Assembly (NCBI GenBank): GCA_028534125.1
Contig: CM052816.1
Span: 48,610,001-48,674,000 of the forward strand
Length of the DNA stretch: 64,000 nt
Reading direction: 5' to 3'
From: Lama glama
Lineage: Eukaryota
Part shown: in pieces, positions 23,950 through 36,539 of the stretch
How the letters are laid out: each line of letters begins with the position of its first letter
Numbering within the stretch: the first letter of the stretch is position 1
Position numbers and translations under genes: made by a program
Notes under the pieces: model-generated
The model's input: the letters and a program-made list of their open reading frames with translations, nothing else
What the model was told of the DNA's origin: nothing
Databases searched by the model: none

Positions 23950-25100
23950 TTACAGGTTATATTTTTCTCTGTAGGGTATATTGAACTAATGGAGTGCTTA
24001 TCACCCTCAGATAGGGCATGCTATTTAGGAATTTTATGTCCTCAGGTGTTTGTGCACCATAATACTCTGAATGTGGGTCCCACACTCTGACATACGGCAG
24101 AGTTGCTCCAAGCACACCTCCAGTAAAACAGTCAGACAGCTTCTTCCCCTCTGCTGTCCATGTCTTCATACCTAGCATAGGCATACATGCCTTGAAAAAA
24201 TATGGTGCACAACTTATCATTAACTATAGAAGAGATAGCTAATGCTACACCCAAGTTATTCAGGAAGAGCAAGACTCACTGAACTCATTAGCCAAGTTGG
24301 TTATGAACAAACAAATAACCCTTGGTTATCTGCTGGCAAAATAGAGTGACATTTGTGTTATTGCCAGCACTTCTGGGTATATATACAGTTGACTCTTGAA
24401 CAAGGTAGGGGCTAGTGGAAATCTTCCTGTAATTTATATTATCCCTTCTATATTCGGTTCCTGGGTATCTGTGGTTCCTCTGTGGACATGCACAATCGTC
24501 AACTGTCAATAACTCAGAGAGGCTGGAGAAAATCCATTTTCAGGTGGTTGGATTGTTGTCAGCAGTACACCCACAGTCCCTCCTAGACTCATTCTTTGAT
24601 CTCTTTAGCCTCTGGGTCTGGTTCTCCTAGTGACCCTGGCAAAGTGCTGTCTCAAAATGTTAGAGTGGCTCTGTGAGCAAACCAGCTATGGACAGATTAT
24701 TCAGAGACTCCACGGGACTTTTCTCCACCTCCAAATTCAAGGTGCACAATCACCTTGCTGGATTTTAAATGCTTTATCTGCTCCTTCAGCAGCCAAGTGA
24801 GGGGCAAGGGGTAGACGGTTGGGAAAGTTAGTCTCCTGTACATAGTCTTTGATTAGACCAGCTGTATAAAAGTGGCCTCGTGCTTGAAACACTTCCTTAC
24901 CAAGAGATAAGGAGCCCACACAGGCTGCACCAGGCTTATCAAATACCTTTTCTATTTCAGGTGCAATGAGTGCTCTTTTGTCTCTTCTTAAATCTTATAT
25001 GTCATATGGCTATTTAGTGTCTTCCCCTGGTCTTAGTGCATAGTACTCTACTTCCTTGGGATTGGTAAGTGGTACACAGTACTCTGACCAACAATAACTT
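23950..25100 (-). pseudogene. Candidate endogenous bornavirus-like L (RdRp) element, degenerate and internally deleted
   Basis: Minus-strand translations DLRRDKRALIAPEIEKVFD (24994-24938), MSLGGTVGVLLTTIQPPENGFSPASLSY (24592-24509), TLFCQQ (about 24340), LLFLNNLGVALAISSIVNDKLCTI (from 24272) and VLGATLPYVRVWDPHS..GAQ (G at 24109). These align collinearly with recalled BoDV-1 L segments [68 protein letters not shown] and [17 protein letters not shown]..GAK. Manual, low-identity alignment. Confidence 0.55.
24386..24486. mobile_element. Truncated Tigger2/MER8-family MITE inside the candidate EBLL
   Basis: TA then CAGTTGACTCTTGAACAA TIR. Alignable to the reverse complement of the copy at 6350-6480 up to TCTGTGGA (24486), where homology stops. 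Confidence 0.8.
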
Positions 25101-25109
25101 GTATAGTTG

Positions 25110-25255
25110 TCGCTCTCCTCATCTAGAATGTAAGCTTCACTAAAGCAAGGACTAGATCAGTTTTAATTGATAATAACTATGTTTTTAACTTACTTATAAT
25201 GACTATATAATGCATAGCATAGTGTAAGCACTAAAATAATTCTCATTAAATAAAA
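25110..25255 (+). mobile_element. L2 3' relic
   Basis: CTAGAATGTAAGCTTCACTAAAGCAAGGAC matches the L2 3' end motif. Confidence 0.55.
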
Positions 25256-25534
25256 TAATTTGGTTTTTTCTAAAAATCTAGATTAAATCTACTCTTGATT
25301 GCCCTTTTGTTTCTCAGACAAGTATTTTAACCTAGCTGAAAAATCAATGAAAAATATCCTTTCACTCTCATCAAGTAGAATGAATTACTTAACTTACTTA
25401 ATTTGGAGTTATAATTAAGTTCTCCACTTTAGTTAGTATAATTTGATCTCTGTTATCATTATTATTATAAATTGCATTAGTTTTCCATTTTATGCATGTT
25501 TATATTTCTATAATTTCTAATTTAGCACCTATTT

Positions 25535-25908
25535 TTATATATTTTTATTGAAGTATAGTCAGTTTACAATATTGTGTCAATTTTTGGTGTACAGCACAAT
25601 ACTTCAGTCATATATGAACATACATATGTTCATTATCATATTCTTTTTCACCATAATTTATTACAAGATATTGAGCATAGTTCTCTGTGCTAGACAGTAT
25701 AAACTTGTTGTTTATCTATTTTATGTGTGTTAATTAGTATCTGCAAATCTAGAACTCCCAATTTATTCCTTCCCACCTCCTTCCTCCACTGGTAACCATA
25801 AGTTTGTTTTCTATGTCTGTGAGTCTGTTTCTGTTTTGTACATAAGTTTGTTTGTCTTTTTTTTTAGATTCCACATATAAGCAATATCATACAGTATTTT
25901 TTCTTTTT
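25535..25908 (-). mobile_element. Lineage-type L1 3' end, 5'-truncated
   Basis: TTTTTATTGAAGTATAGTCAGTTTACAAT...GGTAACCATAAGTTTGTTTTCTATGTCTGTGAGTCTGTTTC...AGATTCCACAT. Same family as the copies at 38600 and 41474. Confidence 0.9.
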
Positions 25909-26138
25909 TTAACCTCAACTTTTTTGGGTTTTTTTTTTTTTGCTTTTAGTATTTCCCCCTGTTTTTATTCTGACTGTATATTTTTATAATAGTGCTCTAT
26001 TATGAAGCTGTGTGTGAAGTTATTCTAAAGTGTTTTTCCTGCACATCAGGTGGGTTTTATATTCCAGAGTTTTCTTTTTAAACTAAATTTTTTTCATACA
26101 ATCCATGAATATTGTCTCTTCATTCAGTTTTCTAGAGT

Positions 26139-26180
26139 TTGTGTGTGTGTGTGTGTGTCTGTGTGTGTGTGTGTGTGTGT
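26139..26180. repeat. (TG)n microsatellite
   Basis: About 20 TG units with one TC interruption. Confidence 0.95.
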
Positions 26181-27658
26181 TGTTAAGAATTGACTTAAAC
26201 ACAAACAGGAGTTGATTTGACTTTTCTCATTAATTGGTCTATACCCATCCACAGTTTTTAGGCGTGTCAAGAGAGGTAGGGAAAAATAATTTAAAAGTCC
26301 AGTAACCTTATGGCATTATTTAGGAATCAAATATGCTATTGGGTATGTAGACAAGTAATTGCGTATAAACTGACATCAATAGATACCATAGGCAAAGGAA
26401 TCAGATAATAACTTGTTCTCATCTGGATGTAGTTGTTCACATCAGAAAAATACTTTAGGGCTTTTCCACACAATATGTAACATTTTATTGCAGAAAATTT
26501 AACATTTGTAAGTGCTTAACTTCATAATTGGTCCTTCAAACAGTGCTTTCTACCAGAACTACTAATTTTAGAGCTATGACACTTTAATCTTCCAGAACCT
26601 CTACATATATTCTTCATACTTTCAAAATAGTTTGTAGTCTTTAAAAAATTTTTTTTCCCTCAAAATTTTGTTTTTGGCAGGTTTATTTGTTTTGTGCATG
26701 TGTGTGTGTGTATGTGTTGGAAAATCTGAAATAAGAATTTTTTATTCTCTAGTGTACAAAATAGTTATTCTCACTTATGATAATTTTAAGGCTTAAAAAT
26801 GTATCATATCAATTTTGTTTCTAAGCCTGAGAAAAATTTTACTCCAGAAATTATTTTAAAATGTGATAGAAATCTATCTTCTTCTTTTATCTAAATATAA
26901 GAAAATCTTCAATTTGCCTATTTTTCTTCTCTTACTTTTTCATCCTTGTCTTCCTTTCTCTGTATCATCATGGATTTGAAAGCATTTAAAACCTCTAGGG
27001 TATGTCGTCTAATATTTAGGGGGAAATTATATTGGAATACAATGTTAAAAACTGTTGACCTTTCTTTCCCATTTACTTCCCATTGCTACTTTTTGAAATA
27101 GAAACAGGCAAATATCACACATTTTCTTTTTTACATATCAAATTGCAAAAACTGTTTCCCAGAAATAAGAAATGATGTAATGAGAAGGTCATAATAATTC
27201 ACATTTTGATGTAAGGGAAAGCTATAATTTTATAGTATTTTCATATGCAACAAACTTCTGAAGATCAGTGTAGAGTGGCTTTCTCTCTTTCAACTGAAAT
27301 GGCATACTTCAATGTGAATTGTATAGTACAGGCAATCATATCTTTGATAATTTGATTTTGCTGCTATGAATACTAAATTTGTCTATTTTGATCTTTTGAA
27401 TTTTTAACTGGAGTATTTTACCTATCTACAGATTGCCACTAATTCCAATGATACTTTCCCAGGATAACGTAAAATATTCTATACCAAATGCTAAAAGATT
27501 TGCTCTTTCTTACTAAGATGCAACTGTCTTTTTAATGCTGTAACTGTGTATGTTTCTTTCACACTGTTATGAAGCAGAATAGATTATGAATCAAAGCACA
27601 GCTTTAACCTCTTAAAATTATCCTTGGCCTCTTTGTCCCCTGCTACACGTCAGAGCAA

Positions 27659-27745
27659 ATATATATATACACACACACACACATATATATATTATATATA
27701 TATAACATATAAATTATATATAATGTATATATAATATATATATAT
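27659..27745. repeat. Compound (TA)n/(CA)n microsatellite
   Basis: Directly visible TA, CA and degenerate TA runs. Confidence 0.9.
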
Positions 27746-28652
27746 CATAGTATGGACAGGTATCATTAAGAGTGATTTCAAGAAAAACTTTTCTGAATGG
27801 TCTGGGAACAGTTGCTTTAAATCTAACTGAAAATTCTGTGAAATGACAAGTAATAATGAAACTGTCTCTAGAATAGGTCCTCAGTAAGGTGGTCATGGTA
27901 TTTACTAAGTCCCCAAATCACCATATTGCTGTGTAGAAGTTATCTCTTGTATAACCTCTGTAGCCCTTCCGTGAACCTAAAAGCGTTTTATGCTGAATGT
28001 GACTCAAGAAATAGGAATGACAACTAGTACTGTTTGCTTTGCATTTTCCTTTCTCTTTGATCATATGTCCTTCTGTGTTTATGAGTGTATTTTTTACTGT
28101 GTATGTAAGTTAATTTGATTAGAAATTACAGAAATGTCATGCAAATGCTTTAGTGAGCATGTGTTCATGGAGTGTCATTTCTGTTTCCAAAAAAATGACC
28201 ATGTAAGTGAAGTGTGCCGCTTTGCAATTTGCAGGCCTTGTTCTTTTTCAGAAAAGACCTTTGATTAATGATTGGTAAACTGTCAAGTGAATGGCTATAC
28301 ACCTCTAATCCCTATTATATTATATTCCAGCTCTGTGGCTCAGTAATATACAATGGTAATAATAGTCTCTGTCTTTTCTGTGATGGAATAAAGTTTTGCT
28401 CAACTTGTTTGGATTTCCTGGAAGAGGTGCGACTGAATATTAAATCCTAGAATCACAAAAGATTCCAGCTTTTCATATTATTAATATTATCACTCATTTA
28501 GGACACTTCATGAATAATATCAAATACTCATTTTTCAAGCTTGAATTTTCAAGTGTTTTTTGATATTTTAATTTTTATATTATATTTCTATAAAAGTTAT
28601 GTTGAAGTTAAAAGTCTCCTCCTAGGAGGCTGATATTAAAATTAGAATAAGA

Positions 28653-28749
28653 GGCGGAGGGTACAGCTCAAGTCGTAGAATGCATGCTTAGCATGCACAA
28701 GGTCCTGGGTTCAATCCCCAGTACCTCTATTAAAAAAAAAAAACTTAAA
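28653..28749 (+). mobile_element. tRNA(Ala)-like Vic-1-type SINE (short form) with 16-bp TSD
   Basis: A box CAGCTCAAGTCGT, B box GGTTCAATCCCC and A-tail. TSD TAAAATTAGAATAAGA at 28637-28652 and 28750-28765, at a TT/AAAA L1 endonuclease site. Confidence 0.92.
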
Positions 28750-31199
28750 TAAAATTAGAATAAGAAAGTTACAGAGGAGAAGCAAGTTTATTGGGGTAGT
28801 GAGTTTGTGAATACATATAAATGTTATTGTCTGAATAACATTCTTTTTGATACGTTTAGCAGGCAGGTAGGACAACAGAGAAATATGCAATGACTATAAA
28901 TGAAGCTTTTCTATTTAATGAAAATTATTTGTGGAGCAAAATTTTATTGAAAACATATGCATTATGGAAGCAATTCACAAAAGTAATATAACTCTATAAT
29001 TAGTTCGGGACAAATGTATCAGAAAATACAGTTTTAATTCATAAAAAAAATTAGAAGAAAAATTAACATAACTTTTTCTCATGTTAAAACATACCCAAGG
29101 GTGTTTATTCATTGGAATTTAGACAGTAGATTTTAGGGAAGTATGAAGAAAATAAAAGGGGGTCGGACAAGAGCCCAGAAGGAGAAGAGAAAGACAAAAG
29201 AAGTAAAGAAAACGTAAAACGTGTTTAACTAAGGGCCAGTAGTTATTATCTCTGATTCAGACATTAGTAGCAGAGTCAGAAATTTTAAACTATCCTGATA
29301 TGTAATTTAAAGAGCTAAAATATAAAATCAGCAATATCACCTACTGTTACTTACAGTTATTTGGATTTCATGTTTGTGGTGAAACAGTCATTTAGCCAAA
29401 AGAAATACACTAAGAATTAGCATTACAGGCAAAGCAACAAGATATTTCTAATCTATACCCATGCTTTAGCTAATTTCATCAATAGTTCTCCATGGTCATT
29501 ACACTGTTTTTTGTAGGTAATTGTTCTCTTTGCATCCTGGACATGACTTGATTCACTCAGTTGTTTAAAAGTAGAATATAAAAGTAAAGAAAGGCAATTT
29601 GAATTGTGCCAGCTTTGTAGAGACAATATGGGTCTTAAAATAGAATCAGGAAAAGCGAAAACAGCATTAGAAATAGTGATTTAATTTTCAATCTCATCTT
29701 CTACAGAAAAGTAACATCTGCATTCTATCATTAAGATAAATACGTATCTTTGAAGAGGATTCTGGGTATACTTATGTTTAATTGGAAACAGACTTCATTT
29801 TTTCTATGATAACTGTTTGACATTTTGTAGCACTTCATTTTAATACTTTGTCATGTTTTTTTATAAGCAGTTTCAAAGAAGAATGCAAATACATATTTTA
29901 GAGACATCAGATAATTTTTATTTTAGTCTGAGGCTACCAAAGCAATGGTTATATTTTCCTATTTTTCATTAATCTGAAAATAATTATATTATCTTCATGT
30001 AGGTGTTTATCATGTAATTTTATCCAGTAGGAATATCCAAAAGTTTGGAAAATGTTAAAAATTGTTAATTACCCTATACTTATACTTCTAGTTAAAAGAA
30101 TTATTCAAGTAGCTTGTGTTTATTCACAATTTCAATTATCCTGAGGTATTTCTTTGAGAATTCCATAGCACTCCTTTATCTAAATGGACAAGCTTATGTG
30201 TAGAATCTGTGTCATCTATGTTGAGGTTAGAGGTTTTAAACACCAGTGCATCTTGCCTTATTCTGCAAATATATTTGTATTCTTCCACTGTAAGCTAGGT
30301 TTCTACTCAAAAATATATTCTCTGCTTTATAGATAACTGTTTTAGAAATTGTTAAAAGTAATTGCATGTATTTTATATAATTTAATAATAATTTTAAGAA
30401 AAAGTTTTAGTTTAATGAAAATTTTGAGAAAATCTAAAAAGATAATGATATAAGGATCAAATGGAAATGAAAGAATAATTGACATGTAAAACTGATGACA
30501 AAAAAAAAGAAAGAAAAAAAATGTTGGCCAGTGAGGAGAGGCATCCTTACTTCTGCAAAACAAGCCTAATGCTTTCCTGTTTCTGGAGGGATGAGCATTC
30601 CTCCAGAGAAATGGAAAAGAAGGTATTACAAGATGCTTTTGTGATCACATGTGGTGACAGAGCCACTTACTTCTTTGAACTCAGAAAGCAGATTTCAGTG
30701 TGAGGGATGCCTCCTTCCAAGATGAAAGAGAAAACAGAGGGGAAGAATGGAAAATGGAGAGGAAGAGAGAAGAGGAAAGTGGAGAGGAAAGGAGAGAATT
30801 CAAATATCAATTCTGAATTGCCTATACTAAGGATATTTCTCTTGGCTCAAATATATAATGATTCTAGTTCTAAGCCCTGTCATGGAGAATTGAGCCAGAA
30901 TGAGTCTAATATGTGGATTATAATCACTTTTATCTTTATCAGTGGATTAACATCTGGAATTTGAGCATCTTTAATAAACAGCAATTATGCATTTCAAGGA
31001 GATGCAGCAAAGAAATAGAACTTTCCCCCTGATAGCACTGATTTTCTTACATCATCCCTTTGTTTCCAAATGTAAGCGGGCTCTATTACTGCAATGGGAG
31101 AAAAAGTCCTAAATTTCAAACATTAATTTGAGATTAAGCTGCTTCTCACAAAAAAAACTTTATGAAGCATGTTCTAGGGTGAGTAGCAGCCAGAAATCT

Positions 31200-31450
31200 T
31201 TCATTTATTTATTCACTTACCCATTCTTGAATTAATTCATTCAGCAAATGTTTATTAAGTGGCAGCTACATTCCAAATACTGTTCCAGTTTTTGAAGACA
31301 CAGTGTTAAATAAAACACATGCTATTTGTTCTTTTGTAGCTTAAATAGTAATAGTGGAAGAAAGTAAATAAAAAAGAAATAGCAGACAGTGGTAAGTGCC
31401 ATTAATAAAAACCAGTATGCTAAGTAGAATGTGACAGGGGTAATTTCATT
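31200..31450 (-). mobile_element. L2 3' relic
   Basis: ATTCATTCAGCAAATGTTTATTAAGTGGCAGCTAC. Confidence 0.7.
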
Positions 31451-31732
31451 GCATTGTTAGGGGAGGGCTTACAGTTTCATTGAGTAGCTTTGCTGCAAAT
31501 TTCAAACATCATACACTTCTGTATTAACAATTAACCTAAAAATATATTGTAATTCCAACATCAATATTTTATGGATTTTATTAATTTTTTAAAAAATGTT
31601 TATTATTCTCTCAAGTGATTCTAAGTATTCCAATTAATAAGCAAGGCACTGGAATATTTAACACACTTGGGAAGAAAAAACATTGGGGGTAATTACAACA
31701 TTAAAATGAATAATAATATTTTACTCTCTCAC

Positions 31733-31900
31733 TTTTTTTATTGAAGTATAGCTGACCTACTATATTGTGTTAGTTTCTGGTACAAGATAGTGTTTCAATT
31801 ATGCATATATATATTTTTCCATATTCTTTTTCATTATAGGTTACTACAAGATATTGAATGTAGTTCCCTGTGCCAAATTAGGACCTTGTTGTTTATCTAT
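31733..31900 (-). mobile_element. L1 3' terminal fragment
   Basis: TTTTTTATTGAAGTATAG...CATTATAGGTTACTACAAGATATTGAATGTAGTTCCCTGTGC. Confidence 0.85.
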
Positions 31901-34900
31901 GGTAACTGCAACTAAGTTGAAAAGTAAATAAATAAAGCAATCGAGTCAACACTACAAACTTATTACTTTTCTAAAACATTATTTAATTCCTCAGCAACTT
32001 TACTTAACTGATTATGACATTAAGAGCAAAATATGAAACTAACTGCATATAGACATATCCAGACCAAAACTTCCTTCAATAAGCATTATACTTGACCTGG
32101 AAAATGCTCATTTTGTGAATTCACTGTTTTCAGTAAGACAGTATTAACTACAACATTGTAACTTTTGAATATTTCCCTTTATTAAAATTATGTATCTATT
32201 TTAACTATTTGAATATTTTGCTCTATTTAGTCATGAGATGAGAAAAGGAAGTGAACCAATAATTTTCTATATGTGTCTAAGTCCTGACATATAAAAATAT
32301 TTCAAGGGGACTTCCTGGTGGAAAATAGTATCTTTATTTGGAAAATTTTAAAAAGTGAAAACTTAGAGAAATTGATTAAAAATGTCATCTTGCAATTATA
32401 TTAATAGAGTTTGAAACAAAGCTATATTAACAATAAACAAATTATTTTAGGATATGCAAATCTTTCCACTTTTAAAAATAGATTCCACATGATGATAATT
32501 TAATAAAAACAATTACTTTTTGGTTTTTATGATCAATAATCTCATAATTCTCCCCAATTATTTTAGTGCCATATTTTTTATATGTAGTCAAATTGTTCTC
32601 TATTTTTCTAATGTTGACATTTTCATTTGTCTAGAAAAGACTCTCTAGAATGATATAATCCACAGGAGAAATGCAGCACATAATGTGCTCCCAACAGAAC
32701 GTAAATTAATTCATGATAGAATCTAAAAATCCTAATTCTAGAATGGTTCTGTGCTATATCACAACCCAGTGTGATCCCTTGAGAATACAACATTTTGAAG
32801 GCACCCACAAACCTGACACAAAATTGGGTGTTGAGGGTGGGGCGGGGACACTTGGGACAAAGCTTCCATAAAGATACTAATTAAGTTCTCCTCGATTGCT
32901 AATACTGTTGACTCCTAATGGATTTAGTGTGTTTATGTTCTGGGCCATGAGCTTCTTTTCTCTTTTGATAATCTTTAACAAAGCAGGAGTTCAATTTTAA
33001 TTTAACACACACTAGTTCTCAGTTTTCACAGCCTACCTTAGAAGACATAACAGACATGTCCTGTTGCATCCTAAATGCCAGGAGTTTAGACATAGGTATT
33101 TCTGTCTTGGGAATATCTGTTGTATAGCCCCAAACTATTATTCCATGGCATAATATGTCATTTTAAAACTTATGCTTATATAGAAACCCAGTTCATAGAA
33201 GCTGAATGCAGATTTGGTAAATATACATTAGAATTCCTAGTGCAATGTCTTATAAATAGTATTCAGGGGACAAAAATATTCCAAAGGAATGAACTATAGA
33301 GACTCCTTTAGGATCAGCTGATATATTAGTATCAATTGTAATCATTTAATTTTTTTTAAAATATTTGATTAGCAAGTTTAATCAAGAAAGGAAAGATTAG
33401 GAAGTTTATCTGATTAATCTTACTAATGAGAGAGACACCCACACACAGAGAAAAACCTCTGTCCTAGATGTATTCCTTGGTTAAGGGATACATTTATTTT
33501 ATACATGCTATGTATTTATTTACATAAGATTCCTTCTCTGTGTCTTTAGGAATATTGAGAGAGGAAATATATACCTATATAGTAAATAGTGCTTTTTTTT
33601 CAAAGAAGATATGCTTTTAAGTTGAGAAGTTCAGCTTTCAGCAACATTTCTATGTATTATATTTAGAAGCCTTATGACAACAAAGGAAGTATGAAAGAGA
33701 CATTTTATCCTCCAATATATTGGGAGAGATGTTGAAGAGATAAATGTACAAATTATTCCACAGTTGTACGTACCAAGGAAGAGATATTCACAGTTAGAGT
33801 AATTTCATAAATAAGCCAAACAAAATACTTGATGTTGAGGAGAAATGTGTTTTTTAAAAACTCTATTTAATCGTGTTGTCAGTTTTATTCACTGATAAAA
33901 TTTATTGACTTACTAATAGCCATAGGGACATGGCTGGTCTTTCTTTTTAAAATATGCTGCAAAAACCTGTGTTTCCCAAACTGTGCTCAATCAGAAATGT
34001 TTTATTGGTCTAAAACAAGCATTGAGTAATGGAAGAACACCGGGGGAAAAAATGGGCTTTTATTTTTCTTAGTAGCTGTAAGTGCACAGACTTTTATTTA
34101 TTTTCTCTGGACCTCAATTTGAGCATCTTTAATGAATACCGTTACGTTTCCTTCTCTAGTTATGAGTCACGTATTCACCATTCTCTTCTTTTATTTTTAA
34201 GGAACTATGTTTGTTCAAATGTTTCTTTGTCTTTTCTTAAACTGTTTTGGTAGTTTTCAACATCCACTAAGTGGACTGTACTCTATATATATTATAGTCT
34301 GCCCTAGGAAATCAATCACTGAGTCTGCTCTAAAAGACTGCATTTGTGAGGTGGGGCTCCTCTCTGACTTGAGGTATGCTTATCTCTAGACACACTATTG
34401 CATTTAATCCCTGACAGCTTGGCTGTCTTTAACCTATTACTACATCATGACGTGTGGCCTTTAGCTCACTATGACTTTGATTTAGTACTCTGTGGACTCC
34501 TAACTTCTGGGGACTGTCTGGATTTCGAATGCCTCCTCAAATTATTGCACTATTTTGTTCATTTACTGCCTTGGTTTATTGTATCACCATATGTTATGTC
34601 ATGGAACAGATGTAAATCTATTGTGTTTTGTTTATGTTACCGTTAGACCTGTACGAGATAAGGGTCATGTGAATTTCCCACTTGACAATCTTCTTCCAGT
34701 TATCAATAGAAAATAGAACAAGTTGGATATTTGTCTTATGCATAGGTGAGGTGTTCAGAAACACTGTGACATCATTTAGGAAAAAAATTATTCTACCTAA
34801 TTGGTTAACTTTTGTTTTCTGGAGGAACAATTCCTCAAATTACCAAATTAAATGTTCTTTCTCATTATAGTTGAGTTGCTCTCACCATAAAGCTTTATGC

Positions 34901-34924
34901 TTGATGTAAAGTGTTAAGTCTAGA

Positions 34925-35095
34925 AGGTCCCAACTGGGGTGATTTTGCAAACTCTGGGCATTTTGATTGTCATACCTGAGGGCGTACTCCTGGCACTCCT
35001 GGTAGATGGCAGGGAGGCTGCTGCATATCCTGCAATGCACACAACAGCCCTCACAACACAGAATTGTACCCCAAAATGTCAATAGTGCTCGTTAA
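34925..35095. mobile_element. MER20 (hAT-Charlie) MITE
   Basis: GGGGTGATTTTGC...ATCCTGCAATGCACACAACAGCCCTCACAAC...CCCAAAATGTCAATAGTGC. Confidence 0.85.
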
Positions 35096-35614
35096 AAAAA
35101 TTGATTAAGACTGACTGATTAAGCTCTTACATTTTAGTTCTAAAAGCAGAACCAGTAACAGTTTTTTTGTTTGTTTGTTTTTTGTTTTCTCTAAATAAAT
35201 GGGACTTTACATAGAGAACACAATCTAACAGATGTGTGTAAAACAAAATATAGATTTAATATTAGATCCTGTCCTTGGAAGACCCATAAGGGAAGAGAAA
35301 GAAAAAATTAATAAGGGAAAAAATATTAAAAATTTCACTATTCTCATCAGCTTGGGCAGTAAACTGAATGAGTGAAGAGGACGAGAGTTTTCTAGAAACC
35401 TCTGTGTCTCCATGGAAACATGTCCTTCATTTCCTTGTCTGGGAAGAGCACTACCTCCATCTCAGCAGTAACAAAAACAGCCCCTGGAAAAAAACTTATT
35501 TTCTATTGATGCAAATTGCCTTGAGAAGACAATCATCAGACTTGTTCTATTCAAGGGCCCACTTTGTGCTGCTTTCCTGGGGCAGGATGGTGGTGTCTTT
35601 TTAGCTCAGAGCCA

Positions 35615-35830
35615 CTCTGTGTTCAAATCCCAACTTGGGCACTACCTAGCTATATATCTGATGGAAGTGCCAAAAGAAATCCTTGCCTCAGTTTCCTTAT
35701 CTATACAATGACACTAATGATATTATCATTTCCATAGGCTTTTGTGAAAGTAAATGTATTGAAACATATAAAGTTCACAGAACAGTGCCTTGCACATAGT
35801 ACGCGTTGAATAAAATTTGCCTGCTATTAT
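35615..35830 (+). mobile_element. MIR SINE
   Basis: GTTCAAATCCCA...GCCTCAGTTTCCTTATCTATACAATG...AGAACAGTGCCTTGCACATAGTA. Confidence 0.85.
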
Positions 35831-36539
35831 TTTTTATCAACATCATCATCATTATGATCATCAAGTCTGGAAAGGAATTTCAGGTCATCCTTCAGTATAG
35901 AACTGAAATAATTGACACTTGTAAACTTTGACCATGGCATTAACTCCTACATTCAAATTACTCTATCATAATTAAGCTGCCAATCAACTTCCTATTTAAG
36001 TCATATAGATTTCAATTAACTTAAGGGGAGAATCAGGTAACTAAGCAAAGGCACTTTTGATACAAGGGATATTTGTTTGAGATCCTAAATCTGAGTTGGG
36101 GATTTTCTGTTACAGCTACATGTATTACGTTGTGACTATTAAGATTTTTTGGTTAAAAATCATTATTATCTCATTTTATAGAGTCATTAAAGCTGACCAA
36201 AGATTGTGATAAGTGTTAAAAATCAAACAGCTAACAGCATATGTTCTCTTTATTCCAAGTCAAAGTCTCTTCTTATCGCATAATGTAAGCATTTTACCAC
36301 AACTTTACCAACAACCACAATAAGAGAATTTTTATCACCACTGAACCACAGACTTAGACCCTGATATGTGGTGAACTGATGTTCTACATAAAGCCTAGGT
36401 AGTTGAGACCAACAATTAACTCCAAAAACTCGGTTACAATAAAAGAAGATTAACTATTTTCAAATATGTTACAATTTTATATCTATGTTAAATATACATA
36501 ATTTGTCTATAGCAGAGATTTTCTTATCTAAAATCCTTT

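Noticed and set aside
24386..24505. Complete 120-bp MITE bounded by CAGTTGAC...GTCAACTG
   Set aside because: The right match is only 8 bp, is followed by TC rather than TA, and MITE homology ends at 24486. Treated as probable chance.
24737..24919. LGKEVFQA resembles dependoparvovirus VP1 LGRAVFQA
   Set aside because: The upstream frame lacks the PLA2 HDxxY motif and no capsid motifs follow. The L-protein reading explains more blocks collinearly.
24690..25110. Isolated look-alikes to rhabdovirus L MTase region (LEFGGGEKSRGV), circovirus Cap (NPKEVEYY) and bornavirus G (NYTSYC)
   Set aside because: Single short matches without convincing collinear support. They show how easily by-eye matches arise, hence the moderate confidence in the EBLL call.
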